From: the human T2T-CHM13v2.0 reference genome, Homo sapiens
Assembly: GCF_009914755.1 (NCBI RefSeq)
Contig: NC_060927.1
Length of the DNA: 64,000 nt
Strand: one strand, 5' to 3'
Shown here piece by piece: positions 1-18,652 of this stretch (the stretch's first letter is position 1; the number at the start of each line of letters is the position of its first letter). A model generated the notes under the pieces. That model was not told where the DNA came from and searched no databases. It worked only from the letters and a program-made list of their open reading frames with translations. The translations under genes were made by a program, and so were the position numbers.

Positions 1-294
<294 letters not shown>

Positions 295-3200
295 CTAATC
301 ATATTTGCCTTATGCTATTATCGAAGTGATTTTACATTTTGTGGTTATCCACCAAGTGATTAGAGGGAGAGGCATATTGATTTCAAAAGTACTTATTGAT
401 ATAGCTAGAGAGAATCAATATGAAATCCAGTGTTTAGGTGCAGGCAGCCATCAGTGAGTGACTGCATGCTGCAGACCACATGATGGAAATTTTCCCTTAG
501 TGTTGGTCAGAGATGAGAATTCTAAGTCCTTGAGAAATATAAAGGATTTATTTCAGCAGGACTAGAGGTAATAAGCCTGCAAGTCTGACACCTTTTCAAT
601 TACCCACGATATAAATCTATTGTAAACAGATTCCTATTTATATTTTGTCCCATTTCTAGTGTTTTATATTTCTATACCCAGAACTATTTGTGGTTAAATT
701 GATAATTTGCCAGCCTAAAAATCAGTTAGAACTTGGAGTGAACTTCCACATTGAAAAGTGGGTTGGGACAAGGTACCGGGAGATTCTCGATTTGCAATAT
801 TCTCTGTTAATCCTCTTATATGTATCCCAGATGATGTGTGATTTGGGTTTTCAGAAAAATATGGTCCTTTTCAATGTGAATTTCTTTTCAAGTTACAGTC
901 TATGGTTCTATCATATATGTAAATAAAGAGCCAGCCTTAGGTTTAGTTCTTTCAGACAGCCTACATGCAATGTTGACCTTTCTAAACTATGCTTAACAGA
1001 GCACAACCCAATAGCAAAGATAATCACGACATGCTTCTCCCTCTCTAATTCTGCTGAGTCACTTGCAGCCTACCCGGATTCCCTATTGCCCTTTTAGAAC
1101 CAGGAAGCAAAACTTCTCCTTCCTAACAGGGTAAAGGAGAAAGACCCAGCTGGGAGTAGGCAAAAGGAGGAAAATTCTATTTTTAAGTGGGGAAGCTTTT
1201 CCACTTAAGGGGTAAGTTATTGGGGGTACAGTTTATATAATATGATGAATTCAATTATTATGTTGCCTGATCATAAGTGGAGAAAGGCTTCTCCACTTAA
1301 GACATAAATTTCCCTCTGCATTCCACCAAAGAAAGCCATTAGATAAATAAGTACTTTTAAATAAGTGTACTTTCACCTGGAAGGATTAAATCTAGGGGTT
1401 ATTCACACTTGAATGCCAATTACTCTACCCAGATAGACAGATTTTCCCATTAATATGTAACTTATCTTACTTTGACTATTCCCTAACCTACTTATCAGCT
1501 CATTTAACAGTTTCCCAAATAATTTTTGACTTTCTAATTTCCTTCCTTTATTCCACACACATTAAGTGGCTATGAAATGAGGAAGTGCAATGAATGACAG
1601 AGACACAAATGGTAAGACAGATTTCCTGACCTTGAAGCATCTATATTTCAATCAGGAAAGAGTTTAATAAACAGCTGATTCCATGTGGCCAGTATTTAAT
1701 ACTATTGAGCATTTATGAGGTGTTCTTGGAGCTCAGTGCGGTGAGCGTGGTTCTTAGGAGCACGGTTCTTTGGTTGCTGTGGAAGCCCGGAGACTGGGGG
1801 AGGGAGCCTTTTAAGCTACTTCTTGGAGGGTAAGCTGGGCTTTGCCAGTCAGAAAAAAAATAGAGGAAAGGGTGGTTTCAGGCAGGCGAAAAGGTGTAGC
1901 TGGGCAGACACATGCAGGCTACTTTCGAGATTGTGGAAGATGAGCCTGCAGAGGTGGACTGAGATCAAGTGATTGAGGGGGTGGGACCTTTTTAACAGAC
2001 GAGTGGACTAGCTGAAAAGGACTGTACAGTTCATCTACTTGTATAGTTTAAAGCTCTCTCTTAGTTGTAGAACTCTATTTTCCACACACAGTCTTATTTG
2101 AGAGCCCAATACATAAATAGGTAAAAGCAGGTGGCTCCGTTTGAAGGGTGGGAGAACCGAGGCTGGTCTGCTCAAGGTCTCCTTCATCCCATACTTCCCC
2201 AAAGCCCCTCACCCTCCTCTGTGGACCCCCAGGGCTGTACTGAGCATGGGAATGGGAAGAGGTGTCAGTTGCTCATCAGAGTTGTTCTTTTATTTTATAG
2301 ATGATGCAACTGAGCTCCAGATCTGAAGCTGCGTATTCAATTAATGGCAGAGTTTGGGCTAGACCTGAGGTCTCCTGATATCCAGCCTTAGCAGCTTTCT
2401 AATTCACTCATTCATTTATCCCATGCACTGGTAAGGGATCATCTCTATGTATCTATATCAGCTTTTAAGGATTCAAAGGTGAACAGGAAGAATACAGTCT
2501 CTTTTTTGTGGGCCTTATAGTATCATGGAGGAAACAGACCAGAAAACCAACCAACCAGAAAGACTGTCCAAAAGGAAAGAGGCTATCAAGAATTATGAGA
2601 GGGAGTGGAGGCAGGTGTCCAAGAAAACAATTTGCCAACTTTACAGTTTCATGCAGGCCTCTGGGATCAGCAACAACTGGAGCGTTGCTCAGAGGTTCGG
2701 TCAGGCTGCCTTGAGTGGGCCATAGGTTGCTGATATCAGGCCCTATTAGGTATTTTGCGCATACTGTGTCTTATACTTCACACTGGGTAGGCAGGAAGGT
2801 TGGGGTGGGCTGATCTAGCAAATGGATGAGGTCAGTGATTTCTCATCCATGAAGTCAATTCTTCCCAAGTGCCAACTATCTGCCATCTCCCAGACACAGG
2901 ATGGAATCAGCCGTTGGGTTACGCTGGTGAAATTCACTACTTAGGCCCAAACATGTCTGTAAGAAAGTCCTCACCAAATACAGCATTTTGCTGAGTTGTT
3001 ACTTATTTTCTTCTGATTTCCTTACTTTTCTTAAAACATCTCTGTTCCGTTTATGCAGCCGCAGCGGGGCTAAGGCATGCTGTATATGTAGCTATTGTTG
3101 CTAGTCCTGCCTAAATGTAGATGGGGAGTGGGGTATGAAGAGAAATCACAGGACCTCAGAGAGAAATGAAGTGTGAATTCTCTCAGAAACATTTGTTTTC

Positions 3201-3835
3201 TCTGTGACACTGAGCTCCATATGGTGGGTAATGCAGTGTCCCCATTATTGCTGTCTTGAGAAGCAGGTTGCTGGGTCCTGAGAAACATCTATCCAGGCCC
3301 TGTCATATGCGGCTGGACCCAGTGAACCTGCACTGATGTCCTCTTCCCGATGCCCTTGGTTAGCCACGAAAACTGTGGGTTTTTCAGGGAGTGATTGGTC
3401 AGGTGCTCTGTCCCTTCAGCCTCACTGCTACTGTCTCTTCTACTTGAGCAACCTCGGTCACTCCATCACCTGTCAGGGAAGCCCAGGCAATTTTTACAAA
3501 GGTGTCTGAAGGAAAAGCAATTTGTCTGGGAATGCCTATGTTTCTTTGTGTCTAAGAAGAGACTTATGATTTCTCTGCCCAAGCAGGCGCCAGGTGGACA
3601 GTAACCACCTGTGTTTAGGGGACAGGCAGCATCATTAATCAGGGGTGTATGACATCATGTTATTGAACCTGACAGGGCTCCAATTAAAGTTGGGTAGGGA
3701 ATAGAGAACTCCCAAGTCTGCCAAACCACTGCCCCAAATATATCAACATATAAACAGGTAGGAAATAAGTTGTCCTTTGAGTCAGAGAAGTCACCCCCCA
3801 AAACAGGTCAAGGAAGTTTAATAATTTGTTGATTA

Positions 3836-4417
<582 letters not shown>

Positions 4418-4429
4418 TGTAACCAATCT

Positions 4430-4809
<380 letters not shown>

Positions 4810-5290
4810 TTATTGAAGGTACAGTCTCTATAATATGAGGAATTCAAGTATTATCTTGTCTGGTCATGCTATTGTTAATAATCATCATCAGCATACATTA
4901 TTTTACTTGACTGCTTTATCAAATGATAATGATGATGGTAATTGATGATGATGGTTATGATGATGCTCATGTGGTTACTTTCAACTAAAGAATCCACAGG
5001 GTTATCTGTGCCCCAAGCCAATCTTCTGGCCCAGATTGGTCCTTCTTCATTGTTGAAGCGGCAAGTGGGCTGGAACTGTCCTTTTTTCTGCTCCTAACAT
5101 TTTTATGTGGGTGGCTTCAGGTTATCATCAAAGGCCACCTTGGAAGGAAAAAGTCACTACAAAAGGGAAAGGTGAAGGCGCATGTTTTCTTGGCATCTAC
5201 CTATGCTAGACTCACTGTACGTGGTTTCACATTTGATGCTCAGACAACCTGGGAGAGAATGCCGAGGCCAGCATCAGCAGCCCCTTCTTA

Positions 5291-5980
<690 letters not shown>

Positions 5981-6933
5981 TTATACAGGAGCCTTTGCCT
6001 CAGAGTGGGATAAAACAGGTTGGAAGCAAGTATTGTTGGCTGATAGTTTTAGAGTCTCAGAGTTGGTAGGAAGGTTAGAAATCATCCAGAGTCTAGACCA
6101 AGCCCTAGGTGTGCTCAATGCACTTCTAAAACAGAACCTGGAGAAGTTTCTTCCTAGGTTTGAAATCTTTAATCTAGAAACTTCTTGTTCTGTTCCACAA
6201 CTGCAATGAGAAATTGTGAGGGTGAATAGAAGTTTCCCATTTTCTCACTCAACCTCTCTTTGTGAGACCTACTGTCTCTCATCCAGGGGACTCTTATAAC
6301 TGGACTAAAAAGGCTTTGTGCAGAAAAGGAAAGGAGACTTGGAGCTGAAGTGACAACCAACAATTCTCTCCTACCCGAATATTTCTCAACTCATCACTCT
6401 CAGGAAGCAGGCAGTGTCCCATTTCTAAAGCAGGTGAAAGTGGCACCAACAGAGATGACAGATCTCAGAAGATTCTGTGGGGGATCAGCCATACCCCCTG
6501 CCCTGAGATTACAATGGGCTGGGTTCAAGGTGAGTGCCGAGAGGACCCACCTGAGCCCTCACGTGGCCTCCCCAGCCCAGATGAGGAGCAGGTGAGATGG
6601 GGGTTCCACTGGGAGGGGACACATTCTCAGAAGATGACTAGGGAGGGGGAGCCACAGCAAATCTTTCATGGGCCTGCACCCATTCTCTCTGGGGGGCCTT
6701 CCCAAAGACATGAGAGACCCTTCATGACAGGGATGCCAACACACAGGGAGGGGAAGAACAGGGCCAGAGACTCCGAATTTAGGAGGCTTGCAGGAGAGAA
6801 TCTTTTGGTGAGATGGATTCGGTTACAGTGCCTACTTCTGGTTCTCCCCTATCCTGTGATACAAACTTCTACCACTTTTACCTCCTTCCTTCTCCTCTCC
6901 CCTTTTCTACTCCCCCACACCTCAGAACTCTAG

Positions 6934-7208
<275 letters not shown>

Positions 7209-9144
7209 TACAATTTGCATTTTATGGCGTGAGTGTTGCCACCTGCTGCTGGTCTATGAGGATGGAAGGCTGGCATGCACTGGGTAAACTGTGGCCGCAG
7301 TGTCTTCTGTGCACAGCTGACAAAGATGGGGGTTATGGGTTACTGTTCTTCCGAAGAATCTCACCTACGTGGTCCTGATGGATTGTTTCTAGCTAAGTAG
7401 CTCCTACTGAATGCAACAGCAATGGTGAGTTTTGAGCTAAATTTTGAACAAGAGAACTCCAGTGAATGGAATAGTGACTCCCTTGGATACACTGGGGGGC
7501 TTCTTGAAAGAGGCTTTCCCACCAAGAAAAATAGCAAGTGCCCTTGGCTGAGCTTATAGTATTTTGCCACATAAGCACTCTCCTAATTAAAATAATCTTA
7601 GAAATGTTTTCAAAGGAGCAGGTGTTTGTATCTATACTTCACATATAAGAGAAACTCATTATATTGGTTATTTTTCTTTAGAAGTCAAAGAAATGATAAG
7701 CTAGGGCATTTATAAACAAACTCTCAAGAGAAATTAATATAGCCAAGGGCTATTGTTGAATTTATTCCAAGTGGGAAATGTCTAAAGAGTTAATAAGGTC
7801 TACAGATATATTTGTGCAAATATGTGTATATGCATACATATGTAAATGTATACATTATATATATATTTTCAATTACTTTGCAAGGGACTTTTCAGGGCCA
7901 GATCTATGAGAGTGACGAGTGGTGAAGAATAGTATATAAAATGTCTATGTTGCATGTTAGCAAATAATTGCTTTTCACATACATATTCATGACTTTTAAC
8001 AAGGCACAGGCACAGGTTGTGTCCAGGACAAATGCATTCGTTGGGTTGTTAAATAAAGGATCCATTCTCTTGCTTGCTGTTTGCTCTTCTCCATGCTAAT
8101 GCTTCCCTTTGCACTGTGGTGTTGGCCTTCATCACACCCCAGAAATTGCCATCTCTAACCCACAAGCTGTCAACAGAATGGCCTTTTATCAGTGTCCCTG
8201 CAGCTTGTGATGCAAACACTCATTCCCTCTCTGTTCCCTTGTGTAAGAATCTGTTCTTCCTTTGGTTTCACTCCCTTTCTTCTGCCCACTTCTTTTCTTT
8301 CTTCATCATCGCTTCTTATTTATCCATCTCCATCTGTGTGTAGTCATTTAACAAAGTTCTCCCTTCAGTTCTTTTCTCTCCTTGCACCCCTTGCTTTGGT
8401 GATCTCACCTCCTTGCCAGGGCAAGTGTCAGGAGCTTTTTGATTCCCTGGGGTGGCCGTGGCTCCTTGTCTGCAGCCTCTGTGAACTAGCAACATGAGGA
8501 GTGGGCCAGAGTGTTCAAAGTAGATGGCCTGGCACATGCAAAGCTCCTGAGCTGCTGTGATCAGCGAGTTAGACTCCACTCAGAAAGTCTGCTGTGCAGA
8601 CCTCTGAGGGCAAGGGCTGGTGCTTGGCATAACTCCTTTTCATGAGTTTTCATCAACATTCCTGTCTCAGGTGTTTATCCCATGGCTGTCGGCAGGTACC
8701 ATGCCTTACTTATCTCTGCATCTCTAGCATCTATTTCAGTGCACAAAGTTGAGGCTGCTTAAGTATCACTTCTTCAGAAAAAGTACTTTGTCATGATACC
8801 TTGTTTATTTTCCTTTATAGCACTCGTCACTGTTTGTAATTATTATACATATTGATTTACTTGTTTTGAGGCACAGCCTATTAACAATGTGTTTTAAGGC
8901 ATAGCCTTGTTAAAGGAGGCTGTTCCTGTAGAGAAGAGAATTCTTCTTGGGCATATACTTTCAGAGTCAAAAGCGTGCTCTTTGCACAGGGTTCATCTGG
9001 AGGAAAGTGAGTAGGAGGCAAGTCTACCCATTTTTTTGCTAGCGGCGGACTGAGGAGCTTCAGCATTGGAACCAGGACTACTCATTTGCACTAAGAACCT
9101 AGTCTTGTTAGGTTGGAAACTGGCCAATACTCTTGGTAGTGGTG

Positions 9145-9295
9145 ATAATAATACAAACATTACTGAGCATTTACTATGTGCATGGGCATATTAAGCACTT
9201 TACATACAAAAACTTAATCTTCACAAGATGGTTATGATGCAGAAACTGTTATAATTTCCATTTGCAGATGATGAATCCAAGATCTCAACAGGTTA
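9145..9295 (-). mobile_element. MIR fragment
   Basis: TTACTGAGCATTTACTATGTG...CCATTTGCAGATGATGAA core in reverse orientation. Confidence 0.65.
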
Positions 9296-9350
9296 TCAGG
9301 ACTTCTCAACCTTTTCCATATCACATAACCCACCTTGAAAATAATATTTG

Positions 9351-9736
<386 letters not shown>

Positions 9737-10760
9737 TCACTTTCCAGGTGTCCTAAAGCTGAAGGATCCATATCTTGGCACACCTCTAACTTTCAGCAAC
9801 CTGTTTGGAAAGCTCTAGGGTTAAATGTATTTCCCAAGTCATACAAGGAGAAAATGACAAAGCAGGGCTTGAACTGAGGCAGTTCAGCTACAGGGACTAA
9901 TTGCACCTGGCTCCCAGATGCTAGCTGGGGTTAGGATGTGTGTTGGGGTGGGGGGGGAGTTGAGACAATAGGCCCTTCTTTACAAATCTTTCCCCTCTCT
10001 TGGTTGTTTTTCATGCAAACTAATGAGACAGGCAATCTAATTCAAACTCTTCATTTTTCAGAGGAGGAAACTGAGATCAGGACATGTGAATGACTTGCCT
10101 GAGGGCCCTGGACTGCTGAGGGTGAGAGCTGGAATCAGACCTCAGGTGTCCCGACTTCTGACGCAGGCCTGATTGTCTCTTGCAGCACTCACAATTATTT
10201 CACGTGTGCACATCTTGTTTCTTCATATTGATATCAAGCCCTTTGTCTCAGGGTTCTTTCCCATGTTCTGCAGCATCTCCTGCTATGCTGGGCCCAGAGA
10301 AGGTGGTCAGTCCCTCCTACAGCCATGCTAGGTGCTCATGGCATGCACTGTCCACACTACTAGGTGCTGCAGAAGATGTAAAAGAAGCCCAGGTTTTCCT
10401 GGCTTTGCTGGAGGAAACTCATTATCACCATCAGCAATTTAAGAAACTTGCAAATTTCTATTAAAATGTGCTCACCTTCTCTGAATTGGTTAACTGACAT
10501 CCTTCCTACAGGGCTGTCAATTGATCCCTATATAGAAGAGCTACATGAACTTTACAACACCTTTCTCCTCACTGCTGACAGGTGACAGAAAGATGCTGAG
10601 CTTACAAGTCATCTTCATGACCTGACTTAGAGAAGTTTTGATCTGGAAAAGTGCTCTGCTAGTCAATAGGGTGAGGTACAGGGTCTTTTGAAACCCCAAT
10701 AAACGTGAGCGTTCCTTGATTCATTTGGTTCTCTTTGGTGAGTTTTTAAATTTAGGGGTG

Positions 10761-11110
10761 GGCCAGGCACAGTGGCTCACAGCTGTAATCCCAGTACTTT
10801 GGGAGGCTGAGGCAGGAGGATAGCTCGAGGTCAGGAGTTTGAGACCAGCCTGAGTAACACAGCGACACCTGTCTCTACAAAAAAAAAATAATAATAACAA
10901 TAAAATAAAATAAATAAATAAAGAAGAAGAAAGAAAATTAGTTGAGTGTGGTGATGCACACCTATAGCCTCAGCTACTGAGGAGGGTGAATTGGGAGGAT
11001 CACTCGGGCCCAGGAGTTTGAGGCTGCAGGGAGCCATGATCATGCCACTGCACTTCAGCTTGGAGGACAGAGTGAAATCCTATCTCAAACATAAATAAAT
11101 AAATAATAAA
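10761..11110 (+). mobile_element. Alu (AluJ-like) with expanded A-rich linker
   Basis: GGAGGATCACTCGGGCCCAGGAGTTTGAGGCTGCAG (J-type right arm); A-rich linker at about 10879-10937. Confidence 0.93.
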
Positions 11111-11144
11111 TTTGGAAGTTTGTGTCTGTATGAAGCAGCATGGG

Positions 11145-11505
11145 GGTCATGGTCTCTGGAAGCAGGCTGAATCATATTTAGACCCAGCCTTTGCCACTGA
11201 CCACCCTGTGGCTCTGGACAAGTCACCTAACCTCTTTGAGCCTGAGTTTTGTCATCTGCAAAATAAGTATGATAATGGCATTTATTTTGTAGGGTTTTTT
11301 GGGATTATGCAAATGGTTTTCAGCTAGTGTGAGGCACAGCAAAACTGCTTGTTTAGTTTTATGATGAATCATAAAATGGGGACATTAATATCCACGTGAT
11401 AGGAAGATTGAAAGAATTAAATGAGATAATGTATGCACAGTGCCTGCTGCACAGTATTTGCCTAATAACAATAAAACTGATAGTAATAATAATATGAACT
11501 AACAT
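11145..11505 (+). mobile_element. MIR fragments
   Basis: GGACAAGTCACCTAACCTCTTTGAGCCTGAGTTTTGTCATCTGCAAAAT and ATTAAATGAGATAATGTATG. Confidence 0.7.
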
Positions 11506-12334
11506 TTATCATGTGCTTGCTAAATTATATCTTAGAGACTTTATAAGCATCAGGAGTGGCTGCATCATTATTATGATTTTGACATATGGCTGTGTATTGG
11601 GACATTTGAGACAGCTAGTCTTTCAGAGATTTGAGGACTGGCATGCATTTGTTCATCTTTGCATTTCCTTCCTGTCCTCACAATATTCTGCCTCTTCCAC
11701 TCCCCAGTGTTGTTAACAGCAGTTTCCAGAGGTGTTTCAGGGAACAAACAAATGCAAGCTGTGGAATGAATGACTAATCCTAGATCACGGAGGAGTTGCA
11801 AAGGACCAACCCTCCTGTTTCACCTCTCAAGGCTGTCTTCAATTTGAGGAGGGAAAATCATTTATTGTTCTGAAAGATAAAACAAGGGAACCTGTCAGAC
11901 TATATAGACTGAGTCTTTAGAAATCTTTCTTTGATCATGAAACTCAAACCCAAGATGAATACTGGAATGGGGAGCCTATGTTTGAGCTTTGCAAGAACCA
12001 GCCCAGGAGGAGGTTGGGAACCTGTGGAGAGACATCTGCTCAACAGAGCTCTGCTCTCTGTTCTCTTACCTCCTCCCTAGGGATTCCATTACCATGAGCT
12101 TGCCTGATGATGGATCACGAGGTGCCAAAGATCAAATGAGGATGGCAGGAAACACAAATTTTAAACCCTAATGCCAAATCATAAACTAAGGGTGTCGAGA
12201 AAAATATTGCTCAGTGTGATGACCCTTCATTGCCTTTTAGACCCAATCAATGGGAACTGATCACAATTTATTAATTCACAACTATGAGAAAGATTTTCTG
12301 GCTACAAAGATCTCAGAGATAGCTCGCTGAAATG

Positions 12335-12545
12335 GCAGAGCATGAGCTTTGGAATCCTACAGTCATAGATTTGAGTTCTGGCACGGCACTAAATAGTTGT
12401 GGGACTTTCAGGAAGCTCCTTTAACCTCTGACTCTGGTTCCTCATCTGTAGAGCAGAACTAAAGTCATCCCTCCCTCCACAGGGTTGATGAAGATGGGAA
12501 GGAGGTGCTACATGAAAGCGCCTTCCATGGTGTGCTACACGCAAA
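12335..12545 (+). mobile_element. MIR
   Basis: TTAACCTCTGACTCTGGTTCCTCATCTGTA core. Confidence 0.65.
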
Positions 12546-13617
12546 GATGAGATCTAGACCCCTCGTGGTGTTCTGTGGTGGTCTTCTTCGCTAGAGTTTT
12601 CTGATTCTACTTTCACTTTCTGGCACCAGAACTGTGTTGTAAAATCTATTATTTTAATGACATTGTTTCAATAGTTTCTCTATTATATGTCTTTTCTTGG
12701 CTAGAAAGAGCCTTTCTTGCCCTCCCTCCTTGTCCCTCATCTACTCACGCCCAAATTCTCTTCATCCTAAGCTTCCTTTTGGCCTTTCAGGGACTAGGAC
12801 TTCATATCTCCTGTATGTTTTGTGCAATATGTGCATAACAGCTTCCCTGCCTCCATTCTCTTTCCACTGTATTACTAAAGTACATATCTGGTCATGTTAC
12901 TGAACTTCTCAGTGCCTAGAGAATGATACCTAACCTTCCCGGCATGGCCTCCAAATCCCTCCTTTGAGAACCTTCTTTGTTTAGTGAATTATCTCAATAA
13001 ATTATTTTGGTTGGGGAAAGATATTCTTTGGAGAATGACCAGGATGAACTTGGAGGGTGATGAAGAAATAACTGCTTGGTAGGATATGGACAGAGTTTTA
13101 GAGCTTAAAAATGAGCAGAGCAGACGGTGAGGTTATGGGAGAAAGGCTGCCCATCCATGGGGCTAAAAGCTGGTGCCAAGAAGAAGAGAGGGTTGGTGGA
13201 TGTTCCCTAAAGGCAGAGAGAATTGGAGTGTCCTATATTCAAGTGTGAGCTTGCTGTTTGCTGGGATTGACTGTACTATATCTCCCATCTCTGGTCCAAA
13301 CTTTCCATAAAAGTCTATGGCACACACAATCTTGCATTACTGACGCTTTTTTGAGATGAGTTTGATAATGATGATAAAGAAAGGGGACAGCAGGTAGGAG
13401 GTAAAATGCAAAGTGGAAACAGAGACTCTGTAGAAGCAGAGACTTAGAGCCAGAATAGTGAAGTGGAAGGTCAGCTTCACAACTCCCTAGATTTACTGAG
13501 GGGGACCTTAGATCTTCCCATCGTAAATTGGGAATCAGAACCAATTTTATTTAAATATTGCAGAAAAAATTGACCTCAGCAAACTGGAAGGCTTCAGGGT
13601 TTTGCATGCCTTATAGA

Positions 13618-14418
<801 letters not shown>

Positions 14419-14419
14419 T

Positions 14420-14680
14420 AGCAGAGTAGCAGAATGATTAAAAAGTGAGCTCTGGAGTCAGACTGCTTTCACTCCATTCCTTACGCTGTCACCTCTTAAG
14501 CAGGAGCCTTAAGCAAAGGAGCCAAACCTTTCAGAATCCTCTGTTTTCTCATCTGTAATATGCAGTAAGTGTAACACCACTTGTCACATATGGTTTTTGT
14601 GAAGATTAAGTAAAATAATGGGTTATGCACTTAGAACTCTTTTGGTACAAAGTAGGTACTCAATAAGTGGTAGTTGCCAC
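14420..14680 (+). mobile_element. MIR
   Basis: GCTCTGGAGTCAGACTG...TTTTCTCATCTGTAATATG...GTAGGTACTCAATAA. Confidence 0.75.
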
Positions 14681-15809
14681 TATGACCATTACATTGTTAT
14701 GACTATTATTGCCATAGTCACTTATCAGATTTAGCATTCATCTCCATCAATGAGCAATGGGACCCAATAGCAATGGGTCCTTTGGAAATAGAGAAGAGGC
14801 AATTTCTTGCCTATTTTTGGTACTGTCTCAGGACTGATACATGGTAGGAGCCCAATACATTTTTACTGAACCTTATCTTATTAGATTTTTGCCAAACATT
14901 TCTTATGAGTAGATGACAAAAATTGTAAGTATTGTGTACCAGGGAAAGGACTGATGCTGTGTATGCATACTGTTGTTGAATCCTTACCAAAAACATTTGG
15001 GAAATGGGCTTGAAGGGTTATTATAGACAGTGTATGAACTTAGGAGTGATTCAGACCTATATTCTGTTTGAGGAACAATTTTAATAATGTTAAAAGAGGA
15101 CTGGATATAAATTTAGAAAAAAAGTTTAATCTGCCTCTCTTCCACTACTCAAATAAGAGCCTCTTGGGGCTTTGAATGGCTGGATGTCACTGGCACGATG
15201 GCTTTGCTTTGTTTCATCCATAGCCAACTACATTAGAGAACCTCTGTAAACCATCCTGCCTCCACCCTTCAGTCTCTCCAAAAGGCTGTAGGTGGGAACC
15301 ATGATGAAAAGAAACCTATTTCCTCTATCTAGTTTATACAATCTGCAATATACAAAAGGGCTTTTAGGTTTGGCATGGCTATGGGGTCTGGTTGTGGCCT
15401 ACTGAGCTATTGAAGAGTAGATAAGACCTTTTGGACAAAGCACAAGCTGCTTCCTCTGATAAGTTTTCTTCCACCTGTGACAGGGCAGTGGGCAATTATA
15501 ACGTTGGGGCAGGACTAGTGGGAGGAGCTTGGCAAGTTGCTATAACTTCCCAGCTTGACAAATTGTAAAGAAAATAGATTGCTCTGTGAGTCAGATTTGT
15601 TTCATGTTATAAGCTGGTTTGCATAGCATGGGGAATGGTGCGGCAAGGCCAAAAACTCTCTTAAGATTGTGCTGTCCAAATAGTTTCCATTATGTTGGTG
15701 CAAAAGTAATTAGAATTAGAATTCCCTGGGGAACTTTAAAAATTCCAATCCCTGGACCAATTGAATTAGAAACTCTGGAGGTGGTGCCTGGGCATCAGTA
15801 TTTTTAAAA

Positions 15810-17135
<1,326 letters not shown>

Positions 17136-17399
17136 ACTCCAACATCCATTTTTCATTATTACAGAAAAAAAATTCCCAAGTGATTTAAACCCATAGCCAG
17201 GGTTGAGAGTTGTTGACATTATCTCTCAACCTATCTATCAACAGATTTGAATGTGGGTTCTGTCATTTAAACTTCGGTTTACACATTTTCCACGTATGTG
17301 AAATTGGAGATAATAAAACCTACTTTAAAGAGATAAAGAGTTTTAAGGGCCACACTCTCTGGAAAGCACCTAATTTAGGGTTTGGCACAAAATAATAAA

Positions 17400-17590
17400 A
17401 ACCACTTATTTAGTGCTATGTGCTCGGCAATGTACCAGGCAATTAATATGCATCTCCTTTAGTCTTGACAACAATCCTTTGAAGTAGGTATTATTATTTT
17501 TAAAGTGGAGAAACCGATGTTCAGAGAAATTATGGAACTTACTCAAGGTCTCACAGCTAGTCAGTGGCTGAACCAGGTTTCAAGTCTAAA
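17400..17590 (-). mobile_element. MIR
   Basis: GTAGGTATTATTAT...GAAACCGATGTTCAGAGAAATTA...CAAGGTCTCACAGCTAGT. Confidence 0.75.
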
Positions 17591-18468
17591 CTGAATGTTA
17601 TTGATTGCTATACTACTTCTGAAATCTTTATTTCAAACATCCCACTCTTTATCATTTCCATCACTTCCTAGCTTTCTGTCTAACTTTCCCAGTATTTTTA
17701 TTGCAATGATATCTTGACCTGATTGACAATTCCAATTTCTACCGATTCCACCACTTTTCATGAGTCATCGTCACTCTTGTGTTTCACTTCCCTTCTTATT
17801 CAGCCTAGATTATGTGATTCAGCACAGTTTAGTCTTCCTTTGAAAACACTCTTAACCCCATTACTTTTTTCTCCCTCTGCTTGGAAAAAGTTAAATCTAA
17901 GTTAATCTCAACTTTCTCTTTACTTCATTCTTGCAACTAAGCAGCAATTATTGCTGGAGATAAATGTGCAGTTGTGGAGACTGGACTCACCCTCAGGTGA
18001 GCCAGGTTTTAATTAAGACCAGAAGGAGAAAAGGACCGTGTATTTAAAAGGATGAAGATATAGGAGAGTTTGATTATTGTTGTATGGAGAAGCAGTGGGA
18101 AGTTTTGCCAAAGGTGAAACAATATGGGGATGATGATGTGAAAGTGGAAAAAAGACACTGGAGCAGCACTTCCTTTAGTTTAGTGACCAACAATCATAAG
18201 AGTGAGAGGCCTGCTTGAAGAAACCTGCTATAAATATGCTAACATTGGCATAAGTTATGATATTTTGGTCCTGGCCTGACTAGGGGCTCTGGGAGGATTC
18301 CAAATGGCCTCAGTGGCTAGATAAGTCAGTCATACAGTATAGAGAAGTGTTATGTGGAGAGGAGGAATCCTGTTTTGGGGAGAGGTAGGGTTTTTTCTTC
18401 TTGTGCTTGGTGCTGTGGTGAAGGCCTCAATTACTGGGCAGGACCAGGGTCTTTAGTGGAGGTGGCCT

Positions 18469-18652
18469 AGTGATGTGCTGGTAAAGGTTTAACAACTAAT
18501 TCTCTGAACAATGGTAACAACAACAAACACATAGGCCCTCCATAGCTGATGCCAAGTTAACAGCATGACATCATTGAATGTAAAGCTGGAAAGAGGTATG
18601 CACCATTAGTACTCTTGGCAGCTGGTGTGAGCTGGCTCCAGCATAACACAGT
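18469..18652. mobile_element. hAT DNA transposon relic (MER63-like)
   Basis: Terminal inverted repeats AGTGATGTGCTGG ... GGCTCCAGCATAACA. Confidence 0.55.

Noticed and set aside
6514-6933. 139-aa ORF in non-Alu sequence
   Set aside because: No recognisable motif or exon structure; length is compatible with chance.
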